IMG/VR virus record: IMGVR_UViG_3300028840_002691
Span: 41,095-105,094 of that record
DNA: 64,000 bases
Source: a virus
Direction: 5' to 3' (one strand)
Shown: positions 10,854-20,506 of the stretch, piece by piece
How the letters are laid out: the number at the start of each line of letters is the position of its first letter
How positions within the stretch are numbered: the stretch's first letter is position 1
The notes under the pieces: generated by a model
What the model was told of the DNA's origin: nothing
Seen by the model: the letters and a program-made list of their open reading frames with translations, nothing else
Databases searched by the model: none
Program-made: the position numbers and the translations under genes

Positions 10854-10885
10854 TGCCAGTCCACACAGGAAAAGACAACAATTAA
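10853..10885 (+). pseudogene. 10-codon 5' stub (MPVHTGKDNN) resembling the start of gene 11781
   Basis: ATG overlaps the upstream TAA; similar to MPVEVGNDSR; its TAA abuts the endonuclease ATG. Confidence 0.55.
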
Positions 10886-11791
10886 ATGATTAAAAAGAAA
10901 AAATATCGTAAACTCAAAATGAGACTTTGCCAATGTGGATGCGGCCAAGCTTGCTATAATAGATTTGTCAAAGGTCATGCAAATAAAGGTAAAAAATTTT
11001 CCAAGCTACATAAAGATAGAATAGCTATCTCTCATAAGAAAAGATCCAAAGAAACAAGTAGACGTGTAAAAGCTCAATGGGAGGATGATAATTATAGAAG
11101 TAGAATTTGTAAATCTATGAGTATTTATGCTCAAAATAGATCTAATCACCATAAATTTAATTTACAAAAATCTATTTCGACAGAGGAATGTAAAAATAAA
11201 CAATCTATTGAGGCTAAAAGACGGTGGAAAGATCCTGATTATCGGAATAGAGTGTCTTTAGGGGTATCACAATCTGTTAAAAAAAATTGGGATGATAATC
11301 CTGACAGGAAAATTAAAACTAGCAGAAGGATGAAAGAACTGTGGGCTGATCCAGATAGTATTTATAATTCAGATTGGTTTCATAATATGAATTCTAAGAA
11401 AGTAACTAATTTGTATATTGAAGGTAAACTTTGCAAAGTTGGCAAAGGTAAATCAGGCTATTTCTTTTCCAAAAAGAACAATAAAAAACTTTGGTATAGA
11501 TCTTCTTACGAATTAATAGCTTATGAATTGTTAGAACAATTATCTAAAGTGAAAAGTTATGAAGTAGAACCATTTAGTATTCAATATGAATGGAAAAATT
11601 CAATCCATAGAACTATACCAGATATTTTGGTTACTTATATTGATAATAGTAAGGAATTAATTGAAGTTAAACCACGTTTTAAATTTGATATTAAGAAAGA
11701 ACAGATTAAATTAAATGCTATGAAAGAATATGCAGAAAATCAAGATTGGTCTTTTTCTATATGGTCTGAAAAGGAATTAGATGCCGGTTGA
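10886..11791 (+). mobile_element. Free-standing homing-type endonuclease (NUMOD3-like repeats plus TnsA-like PD-(D/E)XK domain)
   Basis: CQCGCG...GH, W.D..YR repeats, YRSSYE, YEVEP, IPD...IEVK; markedly AT-rich versus flanks. Confidence 0.8.
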
Positions 11792-12287
11792 GGTTGGTAA
11801 TGATAGTAGGGGATGTTTTGCAAGATGGGGTAATAGCGGGAAGAAGTACTACTACTCATGCGGCAACACAGCAGCCATGGACAAGGCCAAGCAAAAGGCT
11901 CATATACAGGGTGCAGCAATAGGAAAGGAAACAATGAAGGAAGCTGAACTCAAAGAAGCAGAACTTGAACTCACAGCGGAAGGCTATCTGGTTGAGGCCA
12001 CAAGGCCACAGGACAAGCCAGGTGGCTCCAGTGTGGGCAAGTACAAAGGGGTGAAGACATTTTGTGGGCCAGCCGGAGGAGCACCAAAGGGCAGCTTTCC
12101 GGTGAATACTCGTAAACGAGCGGTCGCGGCATTGGCCTATGCACGCAACGCTCCCAACCCAGCAGGCATAAAGGCTTGCGTCTGTAGGCACTATCCGGAT
12201 CTGCCTGCCTGCAAGAAGAAGGCAACGGCTAGTGAGAAACCTGATCTAATCGTGGAGGCAATAAGCAGAGGGAACTGGAATGGCTAA
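11781..12287 (+). CDS. Head-region hypothetical protein
   Basis: RWG.SGKKYYY and FCGP.G..SFPV....A.AAL.YA segments typical of phage head-module proteins. Confidence 0.65.
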   Translation: MPVEVGNDSRGCFARWGNSGKKYYYSCGNTAAMDKAKQKAHIQGAAIGKETMKEAELKEAELELTAEGYLVEATRPQDKPGGSSVGKYKGVKTFCGPAGGAPKGSFPVNTRKRAVAALAYARNAPNPAGIKACVCRHYPDLPACKKKATASEKPDLIVEAISRGNWNG

Positions 12288-12725
12288 GTGCTTATGCAGT
12301 TATGGTTGTGGTAGGGTTGGAAGATATTTGTTCAAGAATGGCAAATGGTGTTGTGAGAAAAATGCTGCACAGTGTCCAGTTTCACCGAGGAGCACCAACA
12401 TAAAATGAGAAAGGCATTTTCACTTAAACCGAACAAACCAGAAAGGAAGTTAAATCGGATCTTACAAAAAATGTTTCCAAATGAGTATAGATATGTTGGT
12501 GACTTCCAATTTTTTCTTGGTGGGAAGAACCCAGACTTTATGAATATAAACGGACAGAAAAAGTTGATTGAAGTTTTTGGCGATTATTGGCACAGAAATG
12601 ATAATCCTGAAGACAGGATAAATCATTTCAAAAAATATGGCTTTAGCACTTTGGTTATTTGGCAAAGAGAATTAGAGAATAAGGAACATTTGGTGAAAAC
12701 TTTAACTGAATTTCATAAGAGGTAA
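12280..12725 (+). mobile_element. Split Vsr/DUF559-like endonuclease (Cys-rich ORF 12280-12408 plus nuclease ORF 12405-12725)
   Basis: CSYGCG...GKWCC...CP in one frame; PNKPE, PDF, IEVFGDYWH, LVIWQ.E in another; ATGA overlap; AT-rich. Confidence 0.7.
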
Positions 12726-12730
12726 GGGGA

Positions 12731-14131
12731 ATGGATAAAAAAGTTTTACAAACAAGGGAGATGACTGAGGAAGTAGAAGCCCCTTTTTCTGCTGTAACTG
12801 AAGCAGGTATAGATACTGATAACCACATGCTTAGCGGTGTGTGTATTTTTGGGACTAAAAAGAGCAAAAACAATCGTATCTATACAAACAAAGCAGTAGA
12901 ATCTCTGGCTTCTCTTACAGAGGGAGCAAAATGTTATGTTGACCATCCTACACATGACGAGTTAAAGCAGCGGGACGGAACTCGTTCGATTAAGGACTGG
13001 ATCGGTGTGTTTGAATCTTCTAGAAGGCAGGGAGACAAAGTTTTTGCAAACCTTCGCTGTAGAGAAGCATATTTCGATCTCCTTAAGGACGTTGCGTTAC
13101 TCCAGCCTAAAGGCGTCGGAATGAGTATTAATGCTCGTGTAAAGGTTTTTGCTGATGAAAAGGGCATGGAAAGTGTTGAAGATATTGATTTTTTGAAGTC
13201 GGCAGATTTAGTTTCGTCAGCGGCCTGCACATCTTCTATCTGGGAGGGTCTACAAGAAAAAGTAGAAGAAGAGAACAATAAACCTGAACAAAGGGAACGT
13301 CTTGTCATTGTGCCCGAGGCAGTGGAGCGGAACGTTGAGTTGCTCTTCGTGCAGGAGGGCATCATACAGGACAAGTTGAACAATGACAAAATCAGAAGCG
13401 AGATAAACGATATCGCTTACACGGCCAACAGGCTCATAGAAAATATCGTTTACGACGAGAAGCTCTCAATCACTGACAAGAAGAAGAAGGTGATCGCAGT
13501 GTTTGACGACCTGAGCAAGGAAGTCAAGAAGAGGGTTTCTGGAATCAAGGAGTCTAAGGACTACTACGAAGAGGAGGATGAAGAGATGGATCTAAATAAA
13601 CTGAAGACTGAACATCAGGACCTTGTCGAGGCAATCATCGCTGAGTACAAGGAGACCGAAGAGGTCAAGAGCATGAAAGCTGATCTCTCCGAGGCCCAGG
13701 ATCAACTGAAGGCCAAGGACGAGACCATTGAAACACAAACCAAACAGATCGAGGAGCTCAAGAAAGAGAACACCGATCTGAAGACTCGTATGGACGAGAT
13801 TGAGCTTCAGGAGAAGGTCTCCGAGAAGAAAGATCTCATGAACCGCCTCATCAAGGAAGCACAGCTCAAGGACGAGTATGTGTCCGACATCTTCATGGCT
13901 AACCTTATGGCCCTGGAGGAGTACAAGAACGATGAGGAAGAGGCTGTTACGGTCGAAGAGCAGGCCAAGGCCATGATCACCGACCGCAAGCAGCTGGCCG
14001 AGAGCGGCTCCGGCAAGGTCAAGGGCTCAGGTGACGAATTCACAGAGGGGAACGAGGACGAAAAAGAGAAAGCCCAAAAGGTCACCGAGCAGGATGTGGA
14101 TGACTTTGCTGGCAAGATCAACAAACGCTAA
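12731..14131 (+). CDS. Prohead protease fused to scaffold
   Basis: SKNNRIY, VDHP, GMSIN, DLVSSAA protease motifs; acidic coiled-coil C-terminus. Confidence 0.85.
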   Translation: MDKKVLQTREMTEEVEAPFSAVTEAGIDTDNHMLSGVCIFGTKKSKNNRIYTNKAVESLASLTEGAKCYVDHPTHDELKQRDGTRSIKDWIGVFESSRRQGDKVFANLRCREAYFDLLKDVALLQPKGVGMSINARVKVFADEKGMESVEDIDFLKSADLVSSAACTSSIWEGLQEKVEEENNKPEQRERLVIVPEAVERNVELLFVQEGIIQDKLNNDKIRSEINDIAYTANRLIENIVYDEKLSITDKKKKVIAVFDDLSKEVKKRVSGIKESKDYYEEEDEEMDLNKLKTEHQDLVEAIIAEYKETEEVKSMKADLSEAQDQLKAKDETIETQTKQIEELKKENTDLKTRMDEIELQEKVSEKKDLMNRLIKEAQLKDEYVSDIFMANLMALEEYKNDEEEAVTVEEQAKAMITDRKQLAESGSGKVKGSGDEFTEGNEDEKEKAQKVTEQDVDDFAGKINKR

Positions 14132-14182
14132 ACCACACTGGATAGATACTCTCTTAATAGGGGATACTATCTCTGTTATTCG

Positions 14183-14215
14183 GTATCGTGGTTTAAGTGA
14201 TTCTATTCTAGGAGG
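14183..14215 (+). repeat. 33-nt exact direct repeat, copy 1 (GTATCGTGGTTTAAGTGATTCTATTCTAGGAGG)
   Basis: Identical to 14843-14875; ends in SD GGAGG. Confidence 0.95.
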
Positions 14216-14230
14216 TTGAAAGAAACGACT

Positions 14231-14797
14231 ATGTCAGGAAACAACAGACATCTCAGAGGAGATGTAAACGCTATCAAGATGCCCGTCCACGGCGCTACGG
14301 TTGTGGAGCCTGGGGATTTGCTGGTCTACGGTGGCGATACAAACATCTGGACCGCTCACAGCGACTCCAGGGCCGACTACTATGCGTATCCGGTCAGCGG
14401 CATCACCGGCTCAGCTGGTATGGGCGGCACGGGAACGCTTTGCATCGCTAAGAACCATTTCTGCGGCATTGCCCTGTCAGGTTCGAAGAGTGGCACCACA
14501 GAGGACATCACGGTGGCTCTTACGGGTACGTTCCGCTATCCGCTGCGCAACATACCAGGCAAGGACGGCTCCAAGACCTGCGGCACCACAGTGGGGCTGA
14601 AGGTATCGATGGTGACTCCGGCCTCCGTCACGGTGGCTGGGCCTTCGGACCAGGCTGTGTGCATCGCTACTCACAGCGGCACCAGTGCCTACATCGGCTA
14701 CTGCATTATGAACAGCAGCGGCGGTGGCACAAAGGGTGGTACCAGCTATGTGGACTTCGTGCTGAAGAGCAAGTGGGGTCTTGGGCTGGCTACCTAA
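14231..14797 (+). CDS. Capsid decoration/cement protein, paralog 1
   Basis: Between scaffold and MCP; MSGNNR..GD...K.PVHGATVVEPGDLL, F.G.A.SGS..GTT shared with paralog 2. Confidence 0.75.
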   Translation: MSGNNRHLRGDVNAIKMPVHGATVVEPGDLLVYGGDTNIWTAHSDSRADYYAYPVSGITGSAGMGGTGTLCIAKNHFCGIALSGSKSGTTEDITVALTGTFRYPLRNIPGKDGSKTCGTTVGLKVSMVTPASVTVAGPSDQAVCIATHSGTSAYIGYCIMNSSGGGTKGGTSYVDFVLKSKWGLGLAT

Positions 14798-14842
14798 GCA
14801 GTGAAGAATAGGTACTTAATAGGAGATGCTTTTTCTATTCAA

Positions 14843-14875
14843 GTATCGTGGTTTAAGTGATTCTATTCTAGGAGG
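14843..14875 (+). repeat. 33-nt exact direct repeat, copy 2
   Basis: Identical to 14183-14215. Confidence 0.95.
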
Positions 14876-14883
14876 AAAAGAAA

Positions 14884-15471
14884 ATGTCAGGAAACAACCG
14901 ATATCTCAAAGGAGATATCAATTCAATTAAGCTACCAGTCCACGGAGCCACTGTGGTGGAACCTGGTGACTTGCTTATATTGGGAGCTACTACGGAGACC
15001 CAACAGCACCGTAAAGCAGAGGGTGTGGCTGATTACTATGCGTATCCGTTCAGCGGTGTCACCCGTGAAACTGGTGAGGGAGTCATCCGACTCTGTAAGA
15101 ACTGGTTCATCGGTGTGGCGATGAGCGGCTCGGCAAGTGGCACTACCAATGAGGTTACAGTGGCCACTTCGGGCATGTTCCGCTATCCGCTGCGTAACAT
15201 TACTGCCAAAGAGGGTGCTTTGACCTGCGGCACAACGGTTGGCTACATAGTCAGTGCTGCTACGCCTACGGCTTCCACAACGAGTGGCTGTTCGGCGCAG
15301 GCGGTAATGATCCAAGGCCATGGCGGGGCGTCGGCTGCTGTTGATGGTGGTTCTACTGCCTTCTTAGGCTACTGTGTGATCACCAAGCCAGCAGGCACCA
15401 AGACTGGCGGCGCAAGCTATGTGGACTTCACTATCAGGACCAAGTACGGGCCTGGAGGACTGGTAACGTAA
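14884..15471 (+). CDS. Capsid decoration/cement protein, paralog 2
   Basis: Obvious similarity to 14231 protein (FRYPLRNI, TCGTTVG, GYC, SYVDF). Confidence 0.75.
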   Translation: MSGNNRYLKGDINSIKLPVHGATVVEPGDLLILGATTETQQHRKAEGVADYYAYPFSGVTRETGEGVIRLCKNWFIGVAMSGSASGTTNEVTVATSGMFRYPLRNITAKEGALTCGTTVGYIVSAATPTASTTSGCSAQAVMIQGHGGASAAVDGGSTAFLGYCVITKPAGTKTGGASYVDFTIRTKYGPGGLVT

Positions 15472-15475
15472 GAAG

Positions 15476-15994
15476 ATGGCTAATGTTCAACGCTGGGACC
15501 ACGGAGCAAAGCATGTAATTCACGTCACTGTGAAAAGTGGCACCACCGTGGAGACGGGGGACTTGATGTTCCTGGATGACACTGACGGTCTGCGTGAGGA
15601 GGGCGCTTCCACAGCAGACTTCAGCGCTTACCCTATGGAGCACCTGAGGCCGTCGGCAACTCTCAGCACAAACAAAGGCTACCTGGAAACGCGCTTTCTG
15701 GGTGTGGCATTGACCGACAAAGACGGTGGCACCAACAAGCCGCAGGAGGCAATGGCTATCGCCACGGGAGGTATTTTTGAGTTTGACCTCAAGCCAGCAA
15801 GAACTGTGAAGGTGGGTTACTATGCTGGGCCGTCGGGTACGACGAGCGGGTCAAACATGTTCAACCAGAAGATGATGGTTGAAGCAGAAGCAAATAAAGC
15901 CCACTGTTATGGATATTTCGTTGAGTACAAGACCCATGCCCAATCGGCTTTGGTCGAAATAAAAACGCAACATGGGGATGGGATGATATCGTAA
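15476..15994 (+). CDS. Capsid decoration/cement protein, paralog 3 (more diverged)
   Basis: GTTVETGDL, AD..AYP, FLGVA, ATGGIFEF correspond to motifs of paralogs 1 and 2. Confidence 0.7.
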   Translation: MANVQRWDHGAKHVIHVTVKSGTTVETGDLMFLDDTDGLREEGASTADFSAYPMEHLRPSATLSTNKGYLETRFLGVALTDKDGGTNKPQEAMAIATGGIFEFDLKPARTVKVGYYAGPSGTTSGSNMFNQKMMVEAEANKAHCYGYFVEYKTHAQSALVEIKTQHGDGMIS

Positions 15995-16012
15995 CAAGGA
16001 GGGTATAGAACA

Positions 16013-17089
16013 ATGGCACTAAATCCTACAGGTTCTCCGATCAAGGAGCTTGTGGAATCGAAAGGGGCGCAAGGTGCTCAGGAAGTGATCCGCGAGGGTC
16101 TGAAGCAGAAGAAGTTCCAGCCGGAGCACTTCTCACTTCAAGAGATCTGGGAAGCCACCTGCGGGCCTGTGAGTCAAATACAGGAGCAAGTGGTTGCGGA
16201 CTCCTTTCCGAAGATCACCGGAGAGCTTATCAACGCAAAGATCATCGCTGGCTACGACAGCGTGGCGATGATTGGCGACCAGCTCTGCACCACGGTTCCA
16301 AGCAAGCTGAAGACCGAGACCGTAGCAGGCTTTACGGATGCTGAGGTTCCGGACTTCATTCCTGAAGCCGGAGAGTACAACGACTCCACAGTGACAGAGA
16401 AATACGTCACCATGCGCAATAAAAAGTATGGGAAGTTGATCTCCATCACCGAGGAGATGATCCTCTTCGATCAGTCTGGTCAGGTGATGACCAGAGCGCA
16501 GAGGATCGGCGAGAAGGCAGCGCAGTACAGAGAGAAGACCATAGTGGAGGGCGTTCAGGACATCAACAGCTCAGTCTGGAACCCATCCGGCGTGGCTACG
16601 GCTTTCTACAGCGCCACCAACGGCAACCTCGCCACCAGCAACGCTTTCAATGAAGGCGGGCTGGAAGCCGTGCGCAAGCTGATGCAGCAGATGAAGGACG
16701 ACTCCGAGCACAGCGACAGCAACGACTACATCCTCATCAACGAGGCCAACATGATCCTGTTGGTTCCTGTGGATCTGGAGCTTGAGGCGTGGCAGATGGT
16801 TAACTCTACTCTGACGCCCGAGTCGGCTGAGAATGCGTCCAACTTTTTCCGTGGGCGGTATCGGGTGCTGACCAGTCCTTACGTCACAAACCAAAGCGCC
16901 ACCACGTGGTTCCTGGGCGACTTTAGGCAGGACTTCTGGTGGAGCGAGGTATGGCCGCTGCAGACATTTTCACGCGCGGCTGGCAACAGCGACGAGTTCA
17001 AGCGAGACATCAAGAGCATGCACAAGGTCCGCTACTATGGCACGATCGGTGCCGTGGACGTAAGGCATAGCTTCAAATCTACTGCTTAA
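16013..17089 (+). CDS. Major capsid protein (Mu gpT-like, HK97 fold)
   Basis: PEAGEY, KKYGKLISITEEMILFD, LLVP..LE, W.L.D; position and AGGAGG RBS. Confidence 0.92.
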   Translation: MALNPTGSPIKELVESKGAQGAQEVIREGLKQKKFQPEHFSLQEIWEATCGPVSQIQEQVVADSFPKITGELINAKIIAGYDSVAMIGDQLCTTVPSKLKTETVAGFTDAEVPDFIPEAGEYNDSTVTEKYVTMRNKKYGKLISITEEMILFDQSGQVMTRAQRIGEKAAQYREKTIVEGVQDINSSVWNPSGVATAFYSATNGNLATSNAFNEGGLEAVRKLMQQMKDDSEHSDSNDYILINEANMILLVPVDLELEAWQMVNSTLTPESAENASNFFRGRYRVLTSPYVTNQSATTWFLGDFRQDFWWSEVWPLQTFSRAAGNSDEFKRDIKSMHKVRYYGTIGAVDVRHSFKSTA

Positions 17090-17240
17090 TCTCGTGTAGC
17101 TGTGTGTTACACGTAGGCAAGAGAGATAGGGAGGAGTTTTGTAGCCGGAACTTCACTCTGTGCGGCTGGGCTTCTTCTCCTTCCTAGTCTTTCTTTACAG
17201 CAATTAGAAGAAGACAACATAGCACGAGGAGGACTATATT

Positions 17241-17753
17241 ATGGCTAGACGAGGACCAGGACGAGGATCTCGCATGGGCAAGGGTGTGCTTTCGGGCAGC
17301 ACTCTGGCTGTGCACCCGTCCGGCGTAACGATAGACAAACAGGGTATCGAGTATACTGCTGGTGTTGTTGTAACTCCAACTGAACTTGGTTACTTGGATG
17401 GGCAGGCGGGGTATGGGCTTGCTTATACTTCAGCAGCAGGGTACAGAATTGCCTATGGACTGACGGACTTCGCAGGCAGCGGCAAGCCTCTTGAAGGCAC
17501 CCTGTCCGTGAGCAACGTGCTGTCCGTAGACACAGGGCTGACAACGGTGTTGGGTTTTTGGCCTAGCATTTATGATGCCACTTCTGACATGCACAAGCTG
17601 TCGGCAAGTGCATTTCTGACCTGGCAGAAGAACCTGACCACGACTTCAGAGGTGACGGTGATCTCTTTGATTGATGCTGGTGCGGCAGGCACAACGCCGT
17701 ACTTCTTGTTCAATAAGGGAGTTTCCTGTTCGTGGATCGCTTTCGGCACATAA
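17241..17753 (+). CDS. Virion structural protein, paralog A (head fibre/decoration-like)
   Basis: Near-duplicate of 17772; TELGYLDG motif; C-terminal WIAFGT. Confidence 0.75.
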   Translation: MARRGPGRGSRMGKGVLSGSTLAVHPSGVTIDKQGIEYTAGVVVTPTELGYLDGQAGYGLAYTSAAGYRIAYGLTDFAGSGKPLEGTLSVSNVLSVDTGLTTVLGFWPSIYDATSDMHKLSASAFLTWQKNLTTTSEVTVISLIDAGAAGTTPYFLFNKGVSCSWIAFGT

Positions 17754-17771
17754 TACAAGGAGGACTACATT

Positions 17772-18299
17772 ATGGCGAGTACATGGAGAAGAGGCCCTGG
17801 ACGTGGATCACGTATGGGCAAAGGTGTGCTTTCGGGCAGCACTCTCGCTGTGGTGCCTTCGGGTGTTACGATCGACAAACAGGGCATTGAGTATTCAGCA
17901 GGCACGTTCATAACACCTACTGAAATCGGATATCTAGACGGTCAGGCTGGCTACGGGGTCGCCTACACCACTGCGGCAGGGTACAGAGTGGCCTATGGGT
18001 TGACAGATGTGGCTAACAGCGGTGTAAGCCAGGGCACTGGCTCTGTGAGCAGTATTCTGGAAGTGGCCACTGGGTTGACAACGGTGCTTGGCTTTTGGGG
18101 TAGTGTTTACGATGCCACTTCAGATATGCACAAGTCATCTGTTAGCATATACCTGGATTGGCAGAAGAACGCGACATACACTTCCAGGGTGACTGTGGTG
18201 ACCGCTGTAGAGGCTGCTGCAGCTGGTACTGGTGGTGCAACTCCGTACAATTTGTTCAACACAGGGGTGTCACTGTCTTGGCTGGCTTTTGGGACATAA
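17772..18299 (+). CDS. Virion structural protein, paralog B
   Basis: Near-duplicate of 17241, including the RBS region AGGAGGACTAYATTATGGC. Confidence 0.75.
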   Translation: MASTWRRGPGRGSRMGKGVLSGSTLAVVPSGVTIDKQGIEYSAGTFITPTEIGYLDGQAGYGVAYTTAAGYRVAYGLTDVANSGVSQGTGSVSSILEVATGLTTVLGFWGSVYDATSDMHKSSVSIYLDWQKNATYTSRVTVVTAVEAAAAGTGGATPYNLFNTGVSLSWLAFGT

Positions 18300-18307
18300 A
18301 CCACAGC

Positions 18308-18345
18308 GCAGAGAACCACAGTCTGTGCACACTGTGGTTCTCTGC
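18308..18345 (+). terminator. 15-bp perfect hairpin, probable terminator or processing site
   Basis: GCAGAGAACCACAGT-8nt-ACTGTGGTTCTCTGC; weak U tail. Confidence 0.6.
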
Positions 18346-18394
18346 TTAATATATATCTGAACTGCTGGTTGCATGTTTTTGAAGGGGGGCAAAA

Positions 18395-20479
18395 TTGGAA
18401 TGGGTACTTGCTTGTTTTACACTGACGCTGATAGCAGCACCTCTGGTGTTTGCTCCGTTGAAGTTTATTGATGGCTACATATTACCACAGCTGGCAGTGC
18501 ACGCCATTGGGTTGGGGGTTGCCTTTGTGGGCATGGTGCAGTTGGGAGTGTTCCCACTGAGCTTGCTGTCATTGCTGGTATGTCTTTACTTTGTCTATAT
18601 GGTTATGACTACTTTCTGGTCTACAGCTACTCACGCCTCTTTACGGGATCTGCCTCTCGTGTTCAACGGGTTGGCTGCCTTTCTTGTGGCCTCTGTGCTC
18701 TTCCGCAGTAGCGCGCTGAACATGGTCACGGTTTCCTTGGGTGTTTTCTTTGTTAGCACTATCACTTGTATTTACTGCATTGGGCAGCGGTTGCGTATTG
18801 ATCCTGTGTTCAAGGAGCGGCTGGTGTCAGCGGCGGTGGACTTCAAAGGCTTGCCCAGACAGAGGATACCCAAGTGGTTCAGGAACAAGAACTTTATTGA
18901 CTCCAGACCGATAGGCACGATAGGCAATACGAATTTTGTCTCAGGTTACTTGGGCTCTACTGTACCGTTCTTGGTTTTTTTGTCTGTGGAGGTGTCGCCG
19001 TGGTTCCTGTTGAGCATTCTGTTGGTTGTGGTCACTGTAACTATGGCCGAATGCAGGGCGGCGCTGCTGGGCATGTTTTGTAGTGGTCTGGTATTTCTGC
19101 TGATTGCCTCAAGGGCAGGGCTGGTGATTGACTTTGTGGTGTGGTTGTTTTCTTTTGAGTTGGTGCGACTGCTTTCTGTAATCGGTGCAGTGTATGTGCT
19201 GTTGTTTCTTGTGGATGCGATATGCAGGCTGCACAAGGGAGGAGTGTTCAGGATGTTGAACGCAGAGACTCCTCTCACCTCGGAGTTGTCAGTGGAGAGC
19301 GAGGACCAGGAGGACCTTGTGGCTCACTTGCGGTACAGGTTCCGCTATTGGAAGGCGGCGTGGGAGTTGCTGAAGCAGAAACCGTTGCAGGGTTTTGGGC
19401 TCAGGACGTTTAGGAAAGAAGTATATCAAGCACAAGCAACTTTACACAACAGGGACGGCAAGTTCTTAGGTCTTGGCTACCAGACTCCACAGCCCAGGGA
19501 GTGCCACAATGACTATGTGGAGAACTTTGTTGAAGGTGGGTTGGTCGGTGGGTTGATGTTTCTGGCTATACTTGCGGTTGTGTTTTACAATGCCTGGGTC
19601 TACTTGTCTTCGGTGGTTGCGGTAGACTTCTTGCTGGTGGCTGGAGTGCTGTCTGGTTTCCTCTGCCTGCTTGTGGTGGCGTTCTTCTTTTTCCCGTTCA
19701 GGCTACCAGCATCAGCGGTGCTGTTCTGGGTTGGGCTGGCGTTGCTGGACTCCATGACTACCGATGTAGCAATAGTGACATTTGAGTCGAACATCTTTCT
19801 GACTCTGCTGGTGGCTGGTGTGTTGGCTGCGCTGTTGTGGGAGGGGAGCATAAAGCCGAACGCAGCGAACTTCTACTTCAACAAGTACAGCTTCTCACGT
19901 GACATGATGCTGCGGGAGAAGTTTCTGATAAAGGCGACGGACTTCTCGCCTAGAGAAACGATATTCAGAACTCATGCTGCGGTAAACTACTCGGAGACAG
20001 TGCCGTCGTTTGCCGAAAAGCATGCCAATGTGATGAGCTACTTCTATGACGGCATGACTCCGGCTTGGATGATGTTCTACAATGTGGCTATGGTGAAGGC
20101 AGCCAATGGTAAGTTTGAAGAGGCCATAGAATATTTGAACCATTCACTTTACTACTTTCCGAGGTTTAAGCCCGCCTTGCAGTTCATGCAGATGATCTGG
20201 GCTGAAGCAAAGATGCCAGAAAGGAGGATCTTGATGAAGAGGATGACTAAGGAGGGCCTGCTTGCTATCAAGCTGCATCGCACGGAGGCCGAAAAGCACA
20301 ACATGGCGATAGAGAACATCATCTTGCAGGAGAAGGTGAAATCGAACATACCGATAGAGTGGTCCTTTGACCTGAAGGAGGGTGTATTTCTGACTCCTAC
20401 TGAAGCAGAAAACCTACGTAGAGAGAGACAGAAAGAAATGGGCGGAGGATTGAGTCTGGTACCTGGAACAAATGCTTAG
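18395..20479 (+). CDS. O-antigen ligase / O-oligosaccharyltransferase-like (Wzy_C) polytopic membrane protein with C-terminal TPR
   Basis: About 12 hydrophobic segments; GTIGNTN, CRAALLG, R..YW..A......PL.GFG, (C)HNDY.E..VEGG.VG; TPR-like YNVAMV....G.FEEA. Confidence 0.85.
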   Translation: MEWVLACFTLTLIAAPLVFAPLKFIDGYILPQLAVHAIGLGVAFVGMVQLGVFPLSLLSLLVCLYFVYMVMTTFWSTATHASLRDLPLVFNGLAAFLVASVLFRSSALNMVTVSLGVFFVSTITCIYCIGQRLRIDPVFKERLVSAAVDFKGLPRQRIPKWFRNKNFIDSRPIGTIGNTNFVSGYLGSTVPFLVFLSVEVSPWFLLSILLVVVTVTMAECRAALLGMFCSGLVFLLIASRAGLVIDFVVWLFSFELVRLLSVIGAVYVLLFLVDAICRLHKGGVFRMLNAETPLTSELSVESEDQEDLVAHLRYRFRYWKAAWELLKQKPLQGFGLRTFRKEVYQAQATLHNRDGKFLGLGYQTPQPRECHNDYVENFVEGGLVGGLMFLAILAVVFYNAWVYLSSVVAVDFLLVAGVLSGFLCLLVVAFFFFPFRLPASAVLFWVGLALLDSMTTDVAIVTFESNIFLTLLVAGVLAALLWEGSIKPNAANFYFNKYSFSRDMMLREKFLIKATDFSPRETIFRTHAAVNYSETVPSFAEKHANVMSYFYDGMTPAWMMFYNVAMVKAANGKFEEAIEYLNHSLYYFPRFKPALQFMQMIWAEAKMPERRILMKRMTKEGLLAIKLHRTEAEKHNMAIENIILQEKVKSNIPIEWSFDLKEGVFLTPTEAENLRRERQKEMGGGLSLVPGTNA

Positions 20480-20506
20480 AAAGAGAAAGGAAGGAGACAC
20501 GAGAAA

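Noticed and set aside
10886-11791. Group I intron or Tn7-like transposon around the TnsA-like ORF
   Set aside because: The ORF abuts coding sequence on both sides, leaving no room for a ribozyme core, and there are no tnsB/tnsC genes or terminal repeats.
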